64,000 bases of DNA from Cenarchaeum sp. (GTDB taxonomy: Archaea > Thermoproteota > Nitrososphaeria > Nitrososphaerales > Nitrosopumilaceae), in NCBI GenBank assembly GCA_965242695.1, contig CBDESU010000001.1:1600001-1664000 (forward strand), in the 5' to 3' direction. Positions within the stretch are counted from its first letter, which is position 1. Every line of letters starts with the position of its first letter. A program made the position numbers and the translations under genes. Below are positions 20,340 through 30,717 of the stretch, in pieces. A model generated the notes under the pieces. The model was not told the DNA's origin. It worked only from the letters and a program-made list of their open reading frames with translations, and did no database searches.

Positions 20340-21816
20340 TACTGCGCTAGGAGGAATCAGCAAAGTGCTGGAAAATGAAAAACGGACAATTGTAATAATT
20401 TCATCTCCACAAAAACACATTGCTGATCAATGGAGAGAGAATATAAAATCATGGAATCAAGGTGTTAAAAAAAAGGATGCGTTGGGAGAACGAGTAGTCA
20501 TGGCCTATAGCGAAAATCCCAGATGGAAAAAAGATATGGATGAATTGGTGTATAAGTTTAACAAGAATGTAATTGGCCATGATCGATTTTTAGTCAATAG
20601 TTGTATAATATGTACAACACACAACACATTTGCGACAGATAAGTTTATTAACAGGATACTCATGATGAAGAAAAACAATGCCAATGTTTTATTAATAGCA
20701 GATGAAGTACATGGAATGGGTTCCCCCAATCGTCAGAACGGGTTGAGTATGCATTATCAATACCGGTTAGGTCTTAGTGCAACACCAATACGTCATTACG
20801 ACGAATTAGGCACAAAAAAAATCCAGGAATACTTTACAAAAACAGTCTACGAACTCCCACTTCAAACAGCGATTTCTGAAGGCTATCTGGTCCAATATAG
20901 TTACCATCCACACTATATCGAACTTACTGATGCAGAGCTAATCGAGTATAGGGATCTAACGATAAGACTCGCTAAAAAATACATGGCCAAAGCAAGGGGT
21001 GAAAAAGTTGATGAAAGTGACACGAGATTGGAAGAGATGAGATCTAACATAATTGCTACGGCCATAAATAAGTATAATCAATTTGAAAATATAATAGATG
21101 GGTATGGAAATTCTCTTACGCGGTGCTTGGTATATTGTCATCCAAAACAAATTGATACTGCAACAAAAATTTTGACTGCGAAAAATATCATAAACACAAA
21201 AATTACGTGGAAGGACCCTGCTCATGATCGAGAACGGATCATTAATGCACTGGAAAACGAACAATATCAATGTGTCACTGCGATACGTTGCCTAGACGAG
21301 GGGTACGATATACCGGCCGCAAAGTTGGCCATAATTTTAGCTAGTTCAGGAGATCCCCGCCAATATATACAACGTAGAGGAAGAGTGTTACGGCGATTTC
21401 CATGTAAGGATCACGCAGAAATACATGACATATTAGTAAAACCGTCACGAATTGTTGATCAAAATGTCGAAGTGTCAAGATACATAAAAAAATTAGTGGC
21501 GCGTGAACTACTACGTCATAAAGAATTTGCAGATGCCGCATTCAACAAAAAAGAAGCATATGAAAAGGTTTATGATACGGCACAAAATTATGAAATTGTC
21601 TTGGATGAACTTTCACCGTCGTATATAGAATCAATTTAAAGATTATTTTCATAAAGCAATATTACCCGCTCCAGATCAGATCAGATCTCCCATACAACAT
21701 TAGTACTGCCGATCGTAATGTCACATCATCTGTCGTATTACCGGTTCTGTCAATTGTACATTGAGGCCGACAGACGTTTAAAACCGTCAAGCCGTGTTCT
21801 GAAAAATTCAGAGGGG

Positions 21817-23586
21817 TCAGTCACGGTGTAACCGATCTATCTTGTTGTAGTGCATGGAGTCTCGTTCACGTGCCTCTATTACGTTAGCCTTTACATCTTC
21901 GGTCAGCTGCTCAGAGAGCGGAAGGCTGCAAGGGTCTACGGCCAAGCGGCGGCTCATGCAGTACTCGGCAAGGCAGTAGTACACGTCGCTAATCAGCGTG
22001 GGCAGCACATCCGCGTACAACGGACGCCCCGGCACGGCTTCCGACGGGCCTGCTGGGCCGCCCGGGGAAGCCGGAGGGCGTGCCACCAGAGATGCGTTCG
22101 CCGCCACCGCCCTGCCGCGCCTCCTGCACAGGCCTTGCATCCTCGGCCCCGCCGTCGACGTCGACTGCGACCTCGGACCGCCCTGCCGTGCCTCCTGCAC
22201 AGGCCTTGTATTGCCCCGATCAGCTTCTGCAGCACGGCGCGCTCGGCGCGTGCGGATGGCCGGGCCTCGCAGGCCATCGCATGGGTCGACTTGACGGCCG
22301 TCATGAGGTGGAGCGCATGATCAAGCAAAGAGCCTTCGTCGTCGTCGGCATCGTGCCATCTTGTGGGCGGGCCAAGGTCGACGAGGGCTTGATCCTCAGG
22401 GCCTACCGGCGATGCGTGCCGTCCGCCCGCCAGGTCGCGCCAAGCGCCGACAACCCGCCCCAGGCCATGCCTCAGTTCGTCAAGGCGTTCCGGCACTGGG
22501 CCGAGCCCGCACGCTTTCTCGAGCAGGTCTGGAAGGCCCACGCCCTCGAGCCCCAAGGCGGCATCTTTCACTGCCTTCGGCCACGGTGGCTAGGGCGCCC
22601 AGTGGCATCCAGTATACGGCGGCCCTCGTCGGTCAGGTCGTAGTAGTAGTGCGGTTTGTTGACGGGCCTCGAATTGAAGTCGGGGTCTGCGATGATCCAC
22701 CTTTGGCACCCCTCTGGCGCGCCGTGCAGCCTTGCGCCGCGCAACGGGTCGTACCGGCGATCGCCGCGCGACGGGCCTCCCATCCGCCGATCAGACTCTG
22801 CCTCGACCAGTGACAGGGCCGCGCCAATGCCGGCGTGCGAGCAGATCGGGCCGGTCGCGTCTAGGATCAGCATGGTGGTCCATATGTAGCCGGGCACCGT
22901 GCGGATATCGGGATCGGTCGATGCCACCGGCTCGACTGTCAGTATGTGATCGGGGCTGCGCGGCACCGGCCTCGGCGTATCCAGCCACAGCGCGGCGTCC
23001 TGTAGCGGTCGGACGGACCAGGTTTGAGGGCGTATGAAAGGTGGTCAAAGTCGGACATGGTCGTGACCTCTTCGAGCCAGGTTTGAACCTGGTCGTAGAG
23101 TCCGAGCCGGCCGAGCAGCCATCCCCTGGCCCTGAGCCGGTGCCACGGCGTGTCGGACTCCTTGGCCTCGTCGCTACCATAGTACTCTAGCGCGGCGCGG
23201 TAGCCGCCGCGCCCTACCGCATCCCGCATGTAGCCGCCTATGCGGTGGTCGTCCAGCTCGGGCCTGGCATACAGGCCATGCAGGGCCGCCGCCGGCGCGG
23301 GACGGACCGCGGGATACAGGATCTTGGCGGACACTCGGCCCTGCGGCGGATTTCTGAGGGCCTGCCGAGTGCTGCCCAGGCTGACCACATCGTATCCAGA
23401 GGGGCCCGGCATTCTGGGCGCAACATCTTCGCCGCCGCCCCACGGTACCGCCCCGCCAGGCGCCTCGGCGGCCCCCCTGTCCGACGCCACACGGTAACTT
23501 CCCACGCGGCGGGGTCGCAGGCATGCCATATAAAAGTGGGGCGTCAACCGCTGTCCCGCCAGTCGTCGTGTAGGATCCTGCCGCAC
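21817..23586 (-). pseudogene. Frameshifted paralog of the winged-helix family at 23590 and 27642
   Basis: Same motifs spread over four frames; 1-nt deletion near 22992, degenerate junction near 22590, internal duplication at about 22107/22178. Confidence 0.8.
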
Positions 23587-23589
23587 AGA

Positions 23590-25206
23590 TCACTTGGCGC
23601 CAGGACGGCCATCCACATCGCTGTAGAGAGGGTTGTCCTTTGTGAGCGCCTCGATTATTTCGGCCTTTTCCTCATCGGCAAACTGCTCGGAGAGCGGAAG
23701 GCGGCACGGATCCACCGCCAGGCTGCGGCTCTCGCAGTACTCGCCCAGGCAGTAGTACAGGTCGCAGATCAGCGCGGACGAGACGTCCGAGAAGAGCGGG
23801 CGCCGCGGCGCGTTTTTTCCATTCCACCCTGTACCGCCGCCCTCGAATACGGCATCGGGGCCGGCCCGGGATACGACCGCCGCCACTGCCACGGCATGCT
23901 TCCTGCACTGGCCCCGCAGCGCCCCGATCAGCGTCTCCAGTACGGCATTTTCGGCGGCGGAGGTCGGCTTGGCCTCGCATGCGATCTTGTGGGCCGGCTC
24001 GAGTACCGCCATGAGGGAGAGCGTATGATCTAGCACAGTCCCGCCGATTGCGTCCACATTGGGCAGATTTGTGGCCGCCCCCAGGTCGGCCAGCACCTGA
24101 TCCTCCGGGCTTACCGGTGCTGCATCGATTCCCTTTTCCTGGTTCTCCCATGCGCTGTGAAGCATGGCAAGCTTGTCCCTTATTTTGCCGAGATCTTCCC
24201 GCGGGCCGCCAAGCCTGCATGCGCCCTCTAGCAGGTCGGGCAGCGACATGCCCCCGAGCCCCGATGCGGCCGCCTCCACCGCCTTTGGCCACGGCGCGCC
24301 TGCGGCCTTTGCATCGCGCAGGGCCCTGCGCCCCTCGTCTGTCAGGTCGTAGTAGTAGTGGGGTCTGCTGATGAACCACGGGTCAAAGTCGATGTCGGCG
24401 ATGATCCACCTGTGGCATCCCTCCGGCGCGCCGTGCAGCCTTGCGCCGCGCAGCGGGTCGTATCGACAGCCGCCGCCTGCATGGCCGCGCATCGGCCGAT
24501 CCGCCTCTGTTCCAACCAGGAAGGCAGCAGCCCCGAGGCCTGCGTGCGAGCAGATAGGGCCGGTCGCATCAAGGATCAGCATGTTGGTCCATATGTAGTC
24601 CGGCACCGCGCCGGCGTCGGAGGCAGCCGCCGCCACCGGCTCGAGCGTCAGTATGCGATCCACGCTGCGCGGCACCGGCCTTGGCGTCTCCAGCCACATT
24701 GGCGGCGTCCTGTAGCCTGCACGCGGGCCCGAACAGGCGTCGTCCAAGAGATGGTCAAATTGGTCTAATGGTGAAACGTCTTCAAGCCAGTCTTTCATCT
24801 GATCACAGAGTCCAAGCCTCCCGAGCAGCCAGCCCACGGCCCTGAGCCGGCGTCGCTCCGTATGGGCCGCCTTGGCCTCTTCGCTGCCATAGTACTCTAG
24901 CGCGGCGCGGTAGCCGCCGCGCTCTATCGCATCCCGCATGTAGCCGCCAGTCGACTCGCTGTCCAGTTCGGGCCTAGTGTGCAGTGCGAGCTGTCCCACC
25001 AGTGTCGCCGACCGGGCCGAGTGGCGCGGCGCCGCGAGCGAAGCCAGACTCTGCATCTCGCCACCAACAGCCAGTGGAGTGCCTGCCGTAGTGCCAGCGA
25101 CAGGACTGGCGGTAGTGGCGGCCCCGGGCGCCGTGCCCTCGCCGCGGCCCCATGCGGCTACCACGGTCGCTGGCATGTCGACTGGCGCCTCGCAGCGCTT
25201 TCCCAT
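23590..25206 (-). CDS. Hypothetical protein with a degenerate SocA/YwgA-like winged-helix core
   Basis: LILDATGPI...FL...YDP...HYYYDLTDEGR; highly similar to 27642-29447. Confidence 0.65.
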   Translation of the reverse strand: MGKRCEAPVDMPATVVAAWGRGEGTAPGAATTASPVAGTTAGTPLAVGGEMQSLASLAAPRHSARSATLVGQLALHTRPELDSESTGGYMRDAIERGGYRAALEYYGSEEAKAAHTERRRLRAVGWLLGRLGLCDQMKDWLEDVSPLDQFDHLLDDACSGPRAGYRTPPMWLETPRPVPRSVDRILTLEPVAAAASDAGAVPDYIWTNMLILDATGPICSHAGLGAAAFLVGTEADRPMRGHAGGGCRYDPLRGARLHGAPEGCHRWIIADIDFDPWFISRPHYYYDLTDEGRRALRDAKAAGAPWPKAVEAAASGLGGMSLPDLLEGACRLGGPREDLGKIRDKLAMLHSAWENQEKGIDAAPVSPEDQVLADLGAATNLPNVDAIGGTVLDHTLSLMAVLEPAHKIACEAKPTSAAENAVLETLIGALRGQCRKHAVAVAAVVSRAGPDAVFEGGGTGWNGKNAPRRPLFSDVSSALICDLYYCLGEYCESRSLAVDPCRLPLSEQFADEEKAEIIEALTKDNPLYSDVDGRPGAK

Positions 25207-25783
25207 ACGTCGGGGGCGCCTGCTTGCAGTATAAAATGGGTGTGCCGGCCGCAGTCCCGCCTAGCCGTGTTACTGGTGCCTATTGCGCAGATCAGTCAAG
25301 CGTGGGCCGGCCCCCGTGCGGCAGATAGGCGTCGAACTTCCCCCGTCTTTGATTTCATCACAGCGTTGCCAACCCTACGAAGCAGATAATGACGATATCC
25401 GTGAAATACGCTGTCGAGAGAGCCGTAAGGGCACAGCGCGGGCCCCTGCCGGCGCACCGATGCGGCCCGCCCCGCCTACAAGAATCGACCCCCTAGGCGG
25501 TAGGTATCGACTACTTTAAGCCCAAACGTCTTGAAGATCTCGTCGGCAAAGATGGTAAAGTCCATATCATGGGTCCAAAACTCCACCGTGTACAGCTGTG
25601 CATAGTGCGCTGCTGTCGACAGTATTTTAAGGTCGTTGACGTCGGATCCTAGAACTGGATCTTCCAGTAACCGGCCTTTTTTCTTCTTCCAGCTAGCAAA
25701 CTTTGAGTTTTCAGGATCATCGCTTATCGAGGCATACATTTTTCGTGCGGCAGAAACATGCTCGAGCTCGTCGTGACGCTTTA

Positions 25784-27345
25784 TAGGGGTTCTACTAAAG
25801 TTGACAAGAATTGACCAGGTGTCAAGATCCCTTCACCCCTGTGGTGGTATAGCAGGGACGACAGGGTAGGGCATGGGGCGAAAGGGATCGATTCCAGTGG
25901 GCAAGGGCTTCATGCCTGGCACGAGCGCCCACAAGCTCAAGCGCCTTGCCAACAAGGAGATGGACGCGCTGACGGCCAAGAGGTACATGGCCTCGTACCA
26001 CCGCAAGAAGGGCAGGTCGTTCAACGAGATAGCCGGGATGGTCCTTGCATCGTACGACGCGGTCAGGGACTGGCTGGTGAAGATGCACAAGGGGGGCCTG
26101 AAGGCGGCCCCGCGGGGCAAGAGCCCCGGCAGGCGCCGATCAATTCCGCTCGAGATCCGCTGGGAGTTGATCATGGACGTCTTCATGGGGCCGCAGGCGG
26201 CCGGCTACAAGGCCAACGTGTGGACGTTCAAACTCCTGCACGACCATCTTGAGAAAAAGTACAAGGTGAAGATAGCATACTCGACGGCCGCAAAGAACTT
26301 CAAGGAGATGGGCATACGGCTCAAGGTGCCCCGCCCCGCACACCCAAAGGCGGCGAGCCTCGAGGAGCGGCTCGCCTTCCAGGCGGAGGCGCGCGCCAGG
26401 ATCAAGGAGGCCGCCGCGGCCGGCTACCATACGGTCTTCATCGACGAGGGCCATGCGCAGGGCTACAAGAACGGGCGCGAGACGGCGGGGTGAGGGGGGT
26501 CGAGATCGTGCGCACGTCGAGCGTCGGGCGCGCACGCCTGAGCTTCTTCGTAGCCGTCGGCTACGGGTGGGTCTTCGTCATGGAGTGCCCCGGCCGGGCC
26601 AACAGCGAGGCGTACATGAGGTTCCTTGACAGGGTCAGCGCCCTAGTCGGCAAGATTCAGACCATAGACGACAACGCCGGATACCACACCTCGGACAGGT
26701 CCAGTGACCACATCCGGGACAACGCGGACCGCCTGAGGCGCATACCCACGCTTCCGTACACGCCCAACGACAACGTCGCCGAGCCGCAGATCCGCGGCAT
26801 AAAGACCGCCATGTCCAACGTAGGGCTCGACAGCGTCGGGGCCATAAGCGGCGAGCTCGGGTGGTGCTTTGAGAGCGACCTAGTCGTCCCGGTCGAGTTC
26901 TACGACTATGCGACTACGGTCGACGCGCCGCAGATCAGCCCCCGCAAGGCGGCGGGGATCAAGAAAAGGCTCGGGCCGGGAGAGCACTTTGTGTACGTGC
27001 AGAGGAGAATGCCGGAAGAGGAGATCACCCTGCCGACCATCGAAGAGATTCAAGCGAAGGAGGACAAGATACTCCCTCCAGAAAAGCGCACAGAGTTACC
27101 CCCTGTGCTGGCCAATTCGAACATTCCTGCCAACTTTCTTGCGAGGCTTCCCCAGATATTGCTTGAGGAATAGAGTGGCATGCCCCGCTGCGATAAATGT
27201 TGCACTTGTGCCGCGCTGCGGAATAACAATTTACGATACAATTGTTTTGTGTAACTGTTTTGTGTAACTGTTTTCTGTGACTTTTTTTCGACCGTAATTG
27301 CATGCAATCTTCAATACGTTTTCGTGAACTCAGATAGAACCCCTA
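25784..27345 (+). mobile_element. IS630/Tc1-family insertion sequence #2
   Basis: TIR TAGGGGTTCTA (perfect) plus imperfect extension; TA duplication at 25782-83 and 27346-47. Confidence 0.9.
25873..27173 (+). CDS. IS630 transposase split into two frames (25873-26493 and 26490-27173)
   Basis: HTH, W.F, PRP.HPKA, FIDE | DDNAGYH, LPYTPNDNVAE; -1 shift at GCGGGGTGAGGGGGG. Confidence 0.8.
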
Positions 27346-27641
27346 TACGTGCTCAAGGTATTTAGAAAGCATCTTTTGCGCAGGCCCCATCACTCTCTGG
27401 GCCGTTTGATGGCCCAATTTTTGTATCAGGTCTTTGGAAATGTTGCGCTCTGCCTCAATCGCCGCCGTTTCGGGGACAAAAACGTGCGGCAGTTGATCTA
27501 GGCATCTCCTCATCACGTCCGCCCTGCGCCCGGTCGGAGGCATGCCAGAGTCATGCAGCATCCGCTCTCTGACATAGTCGATCACGCCATTGGCATCGGC
27601 GCACACATGTATCGTGGGATGTCCGCCAGGGTGCATCTGTA

Positions 27642-29447
27642 TCACCCACCGCTGCGCGAATCGGCCATGTCGGCGTAGAGGGGGTTGTCCTTTGTGAATG
27701 CCTCCATCATAGACGCCTTTTCCTCCTCGCTAAGCCGCTCGGAGAGCGGAAGGCGGCGCGGATCAGATGCCAGGTTGCGGCTCTCGCAGTACTCGCCCAG
27801 GCAGTAGTACAGGTCGCAGATCAGCGCGGGCGCCGCGTCCGAGTACAGCGGGCGCCGCAGCGTGTTAGCCACCAGCCCCGTGTGGGCGTCGCTCGCAGTG
27901 GCAGTGTGTTGAATCGCCCGGGACGCGGCCGCCACTACAGCATCTGCATGCCTCCTGCACTGATCCTGGAGCGCCCCGATCAGCGCCTGCAGTACGGACA
28001 CCTCGGCATCCGAGGGAGACTCGGCTTCGCATGCGATTTTGTGGGTCGACTCAATCACTGCCATGAGGCAGAGGAGGTGATCTGCCGCTGAGCCTGTGCC
28101 GCTGCCAGGGTGGGGCCGCCTCGCAATCGTCCCGAGGTCGACTAGCGCCCGATCCTCTGCATTCATCGGCGTCGCATCCGTTCCTTTTTCCTGGCATTCC
28201 CATGCATCGAGAAGCTGTGCAAGCCCGTCTCTCATCTTGCCAAGATCGTTACGGTTGCCGCCAAGCCCACATGCGCTCTCAAGCAGGTCTGAAAGGGACA
28301 TGCCCCCGAGTCGCGATGCTGCCGCCTCCGCCGCCTTTGACCACGGGGCGCCGGCAGCCCTAGCAGCCGCCAGTATCCCGCGCCCCTCGTCGGTCAGGTC
28401 GTAGTAGTAGTGGGGCTCTTCAATGAGCCACGGTTCAAAGTCGATGTCGGCAATGATCCACCTGTGGCAACCATCGGGCGCGCCGTGCAGCCTTGCGCCG
28501 CGGAGCGGGTCGTACCGGCCAGGGCCGCATGCCTGGCCGCGCATCTGCTGACCCGCCCCCGCGCCGACCAGGAACGCGGCCGCGCCGAGGCCGGCGTGCG
28601 AGCAGATAGGACCGGTCGCATCAAGGATCAGCATGTTGGTCCATATGTAGTCCGGCACTGTGTGAATGTCTAGATCGGGCGCGGCGGCCGGCTCCACCGT
28701 CAGGATGTGATCTGCGCTGCGCTGGACTGGCTTTGGTTCTTCCAGCCACAGTGCGGGCGTCCTGTAGGCGGCGCGTTGGACGGATACGCGGGCGTCCAAG
28801 AGATGGTCAAAGTCGGGCAGAGCTGTGGCCTCTTCAAGCCAGCTATCCAGCTGATCGTAGAGCCCGAGCCTCCCGAGCAGCCAGCCGCGTAGCCTGAGCC
28901 GATGCCACGGCGTGTCGGATTCTTTGGCCTCGTCGCTACCATAGTACCCGAGTGCGGCGCGGTAGCCGCCGCGCCCTATCGCATCCCGCATGTAGCTGCC
29001 AACCATGTCGCTGTCGGGTTCGGGCCTAGCAAGCAGGACACGGGGTGCCGCCAAGGTCGTCGACGGGGCAGGGCGGCGTAAAGTCACGTTGGCCAGTGCC
29101 ACGCTCTGCGGGACATCCCCGATCGCTTGTTGCATGCCACCCTTGACGCCAGTGACTGGCCGGGCCGAAGCGTCCTCTAGTACGACATTCCCGTCGGCGC
29201 CCCATGGCGCCTTTCCGCCTACCGCCTTGCCAATCCTGGCGCTCGGCGCCTCGTGTCGATCACCCACGCGGCAAGGTCGTATGGATCCTATATAAGCCGT
29301 ACGCCGGCACAGATCGCAGGCTGGGCGCATGCCCGGCTCGAAGACGCCGTGGCTCGAATCGGCCAACGGGGCATCCCACCCGCAGCGCGAGTCAAGTGCC
29401 CCAAGTCGACGACAGACACTGCAAGCGATCTGCCCGGCGATGTGCAT
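27642..29447 (-). CDS. Winged-helix family paralog upstream of the PIN gene (true start probably downstream of 29447)
   Basis: Shares GYMRDA.GRGGYRAAL, LILDATGPICSHAG, HYYYDLTDEGR, LICDLYYCLGEYC; stop overlaps the PIN start. Confidence 0.65.
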   Translation of the reverse strand: MHIAGQIACSVCRRLGALDSRCGWDAPLADSSHGVFEPGMRPACDLCRRTAYIGSIRPCRVGDRHEAPSARIGKAVGGKAPWGADGNVVLEDASARPVTGVKGGMQQAIGDVPQSVALANVTLRRPAPSTTLAAPRVLLARPEPDSDMVGSYMRDAIGRGGYRAALGYYGSDEAKESDTPWHRLRLRGWLLGRLGLYDQLDSWLEEATALPDFDHLLDARVSVQRAAYRTPALWLEEPKPVQRSADHILTVEPAAAPDLDIHTVPDYIWTNMLILDATGPICSHAGLGAAAFLVGAGAGQQMRGQACGPGRYDPLRGARLHGAPDGCHRWIIADIDFEPWLIEEPHYYYDLTDEGRGILAAARAAGAPWSKAAEAAASRLGGMSLSDLLESACGLGGNRNDLGKMRDGLAQLLDAWECQEKGTDATPMNAEDRALVDLGTIARRPHPGSGTGSAADHLLCLMAVIESTHKIACEAESPSDAEVSVLQALIGALQDQCRRHADAVVAAASRAIQHTATASDAHTGLVANTLRRPLYSDAAPALICDLYYCLGEYCESRNLASDPRRLPLSERLSEEEKASMMEAFTKDNPLYADMADSRSGG

Positions 29448-29522
29448 TCAACGGATGCCCGGCTTGATGGGGTCAAGATAGGAGCGGTGGCAGTGCCACG
29501 CCCTCGCCCGGTCCCACCCAGC

Positions 29523-30716
29523 CTACAGCGCCTGGAACTGCTCGCTCCACTGGTAGTAGGCGCGCAGCATTTCGTGCGATACGCTCGGCTTGCGCCGGAT
29601 CATTATATCCTTGAAGTCGGCCATTGTGATGTCCCGCGGCTGCTGCGGCTCCTCGCCGGACACCGGCTCGCGGTACTCGGGGTCGCTGAACAGCTCGTGC
29701 ACGACGCGCAGCTGGGCCGCCTGGCAGACGTCCTTTATGTCGCTCGCGCTGTACCCCTCGAACAGCTTTGCGAGCACCGGTATGCGCAACTTTGCATCCT
29801 TCTTTAGCGGCTCGGTGTACAGCTCGAACAGGTTATGCCGCGCCTCGATCGTCGGGAGGTTCACGTAGATGCGCTTCTGGAAGCGGCGCAGGAACGGGTG
29901 GTCGAGGCTCCACGGCTTGTTCGTCGCCCCGATGACGTACATCATGAGGTCCTTGCCCTTGCCGTTGACGCCGTCCATCTCGGTGAGGAACTGGTTCTTT
30001 ACGCGCACCTCGCCTCCGACCTCGCTGTTGCGCGAGCCGAGCAGCGAGTCTACCTCGTCGACGAACAGTATGACGGGCTTGCCCTCCTTCTCGGCGTAGC
30101 CGCGGGCCATCGAGAACAGCTTTGAGACGTTCTTCTCGGCCTCGCCGAGCCACTTGCTCATCATCGAGGCCGCATCGACGTTGATGAAGTAGCCTTCGAT
30201 CTCGCTCGCCGTCGCCGCCGCGAGTATGGTCTTGCCGCACCCCGGGGGCCCGTACAGGAGCATGCCGCGCGGCCAGCCGAGCGGGAACAGGTCGCCCCTC
30301 TTTGACGGGTACACGATCGACTCGCGCAGGGCGTTCTTTGCGTCGTCGAGCCCGATGACCTCGGACCAGCTAATGTCGGGCTTTTCCTTCATGATGAGCT
30401 CGTCAAAGTCGTTCTTGGTCTGCTGCTCCTCGATCTGCGCCTTCTGCTCGGCAGGCGGCGCGCTCGGGTCGACCGCCGGCTCTATCGACGTGGAGTCGCG
30501 CAGCATCTTTATGCGCTTCTGGTACGACGCGCTGCGCTCGCGGTAGATCGGGTTGAGCTTGCTGCCGGGGTACAGCTGGATGAGGCGCATGAGCGAGTCG
30601 ATGGCCTTCTGGTAGTTTGTAATGGCCATGCCGCGCGCCCCCTGCGAGTCGCACTTGATGGCCTCCGAGGCGTACTTGCTCGCGCTGTTCTCTAGCTCTT
30701 GCGGCGCCATGCTCAA
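29523..30716 (-). CDS. cdvC: Cell-division AAA ATPase CdvC (Vps4)
   Basis: N-terminal MIT domain, GPPGCGKT, SKWLGE, FVDEVD, GATNKPW, RRFQKRIY. Confidence 0.92.
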   Translation of the reverse strand: MSMAPQELENSASKYASEAIKCDSQGARGMAITNYQKAIDSLMRLIQLYPGSKLNPIYRERSASYQKRIKMLRDSTSIEPAVDPSAPPAEQKAQIEEQQTKNDFDELIMKEKPDISWSEVIGLDDAKNALRESIVYPSKRGDLFPLGWPRGMLLYGPPGCGKTILAAATASEIEGYFINVDAASMMSKWLGEAEKNVSKLFSMARGYAEKEGKPVILFVDEVDSLLGSRNSEVGGEVRVKNQFLTEMDGVNGKGKDLMMYVIGATNKPWSLDHPFLRRFQKRIYVNLPTIEARHNLFELYTEPLKKDAKLRIPVLAKLFEGYSASDIKDVCQAAQLRVVHELFSDPEYREPVSGEEPQQPRDITMADFKDIMIRRKPSVSHEMLRAYYQWSEQFQAL

Positions 30717-30717
30717 C

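Larger units (their letters stand above)
18019..21639 (+). pseudogene. PLD-domain + SF2 DExH helicase (PbeA-like), disrupted by IS630
   Basis: YDRLAGYFSS, HQKVGIF and GSVNET (PLD-like), LRDYQ, MATGTGKT | IS | DEVH, GLSATP, LDEGYDIP, YIQRRGRVLR; IS removal restores GKTYTALGG. Confidence 0.88.
25476..27645 (-). pseudogene. PIN-domain nuclease/toxin disrupted by IS630 #2
   Basis: N-part VCADANGVIDY...VPETAAIE; C-part DVNDLKIL...FWTHDMDF; IS removal gives in-frame YLEHV-KRHDELEH, about 201 aa. Confidence 0.75.

Noticed and set aside
20212-20341. Genuine N-terminus of a standalone 475-aa helicase
   Set aside because: This part lies inside IS #1; true helicase sequence resumes at 20342.
21817-23586. 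Introns or programmed frameshifts explaining the broken paralog
   Set aside because: The breaks are a 1-nt deletion, an in-frame stop and an internal duplication with no BHB structure, consistent with ordinary decay.
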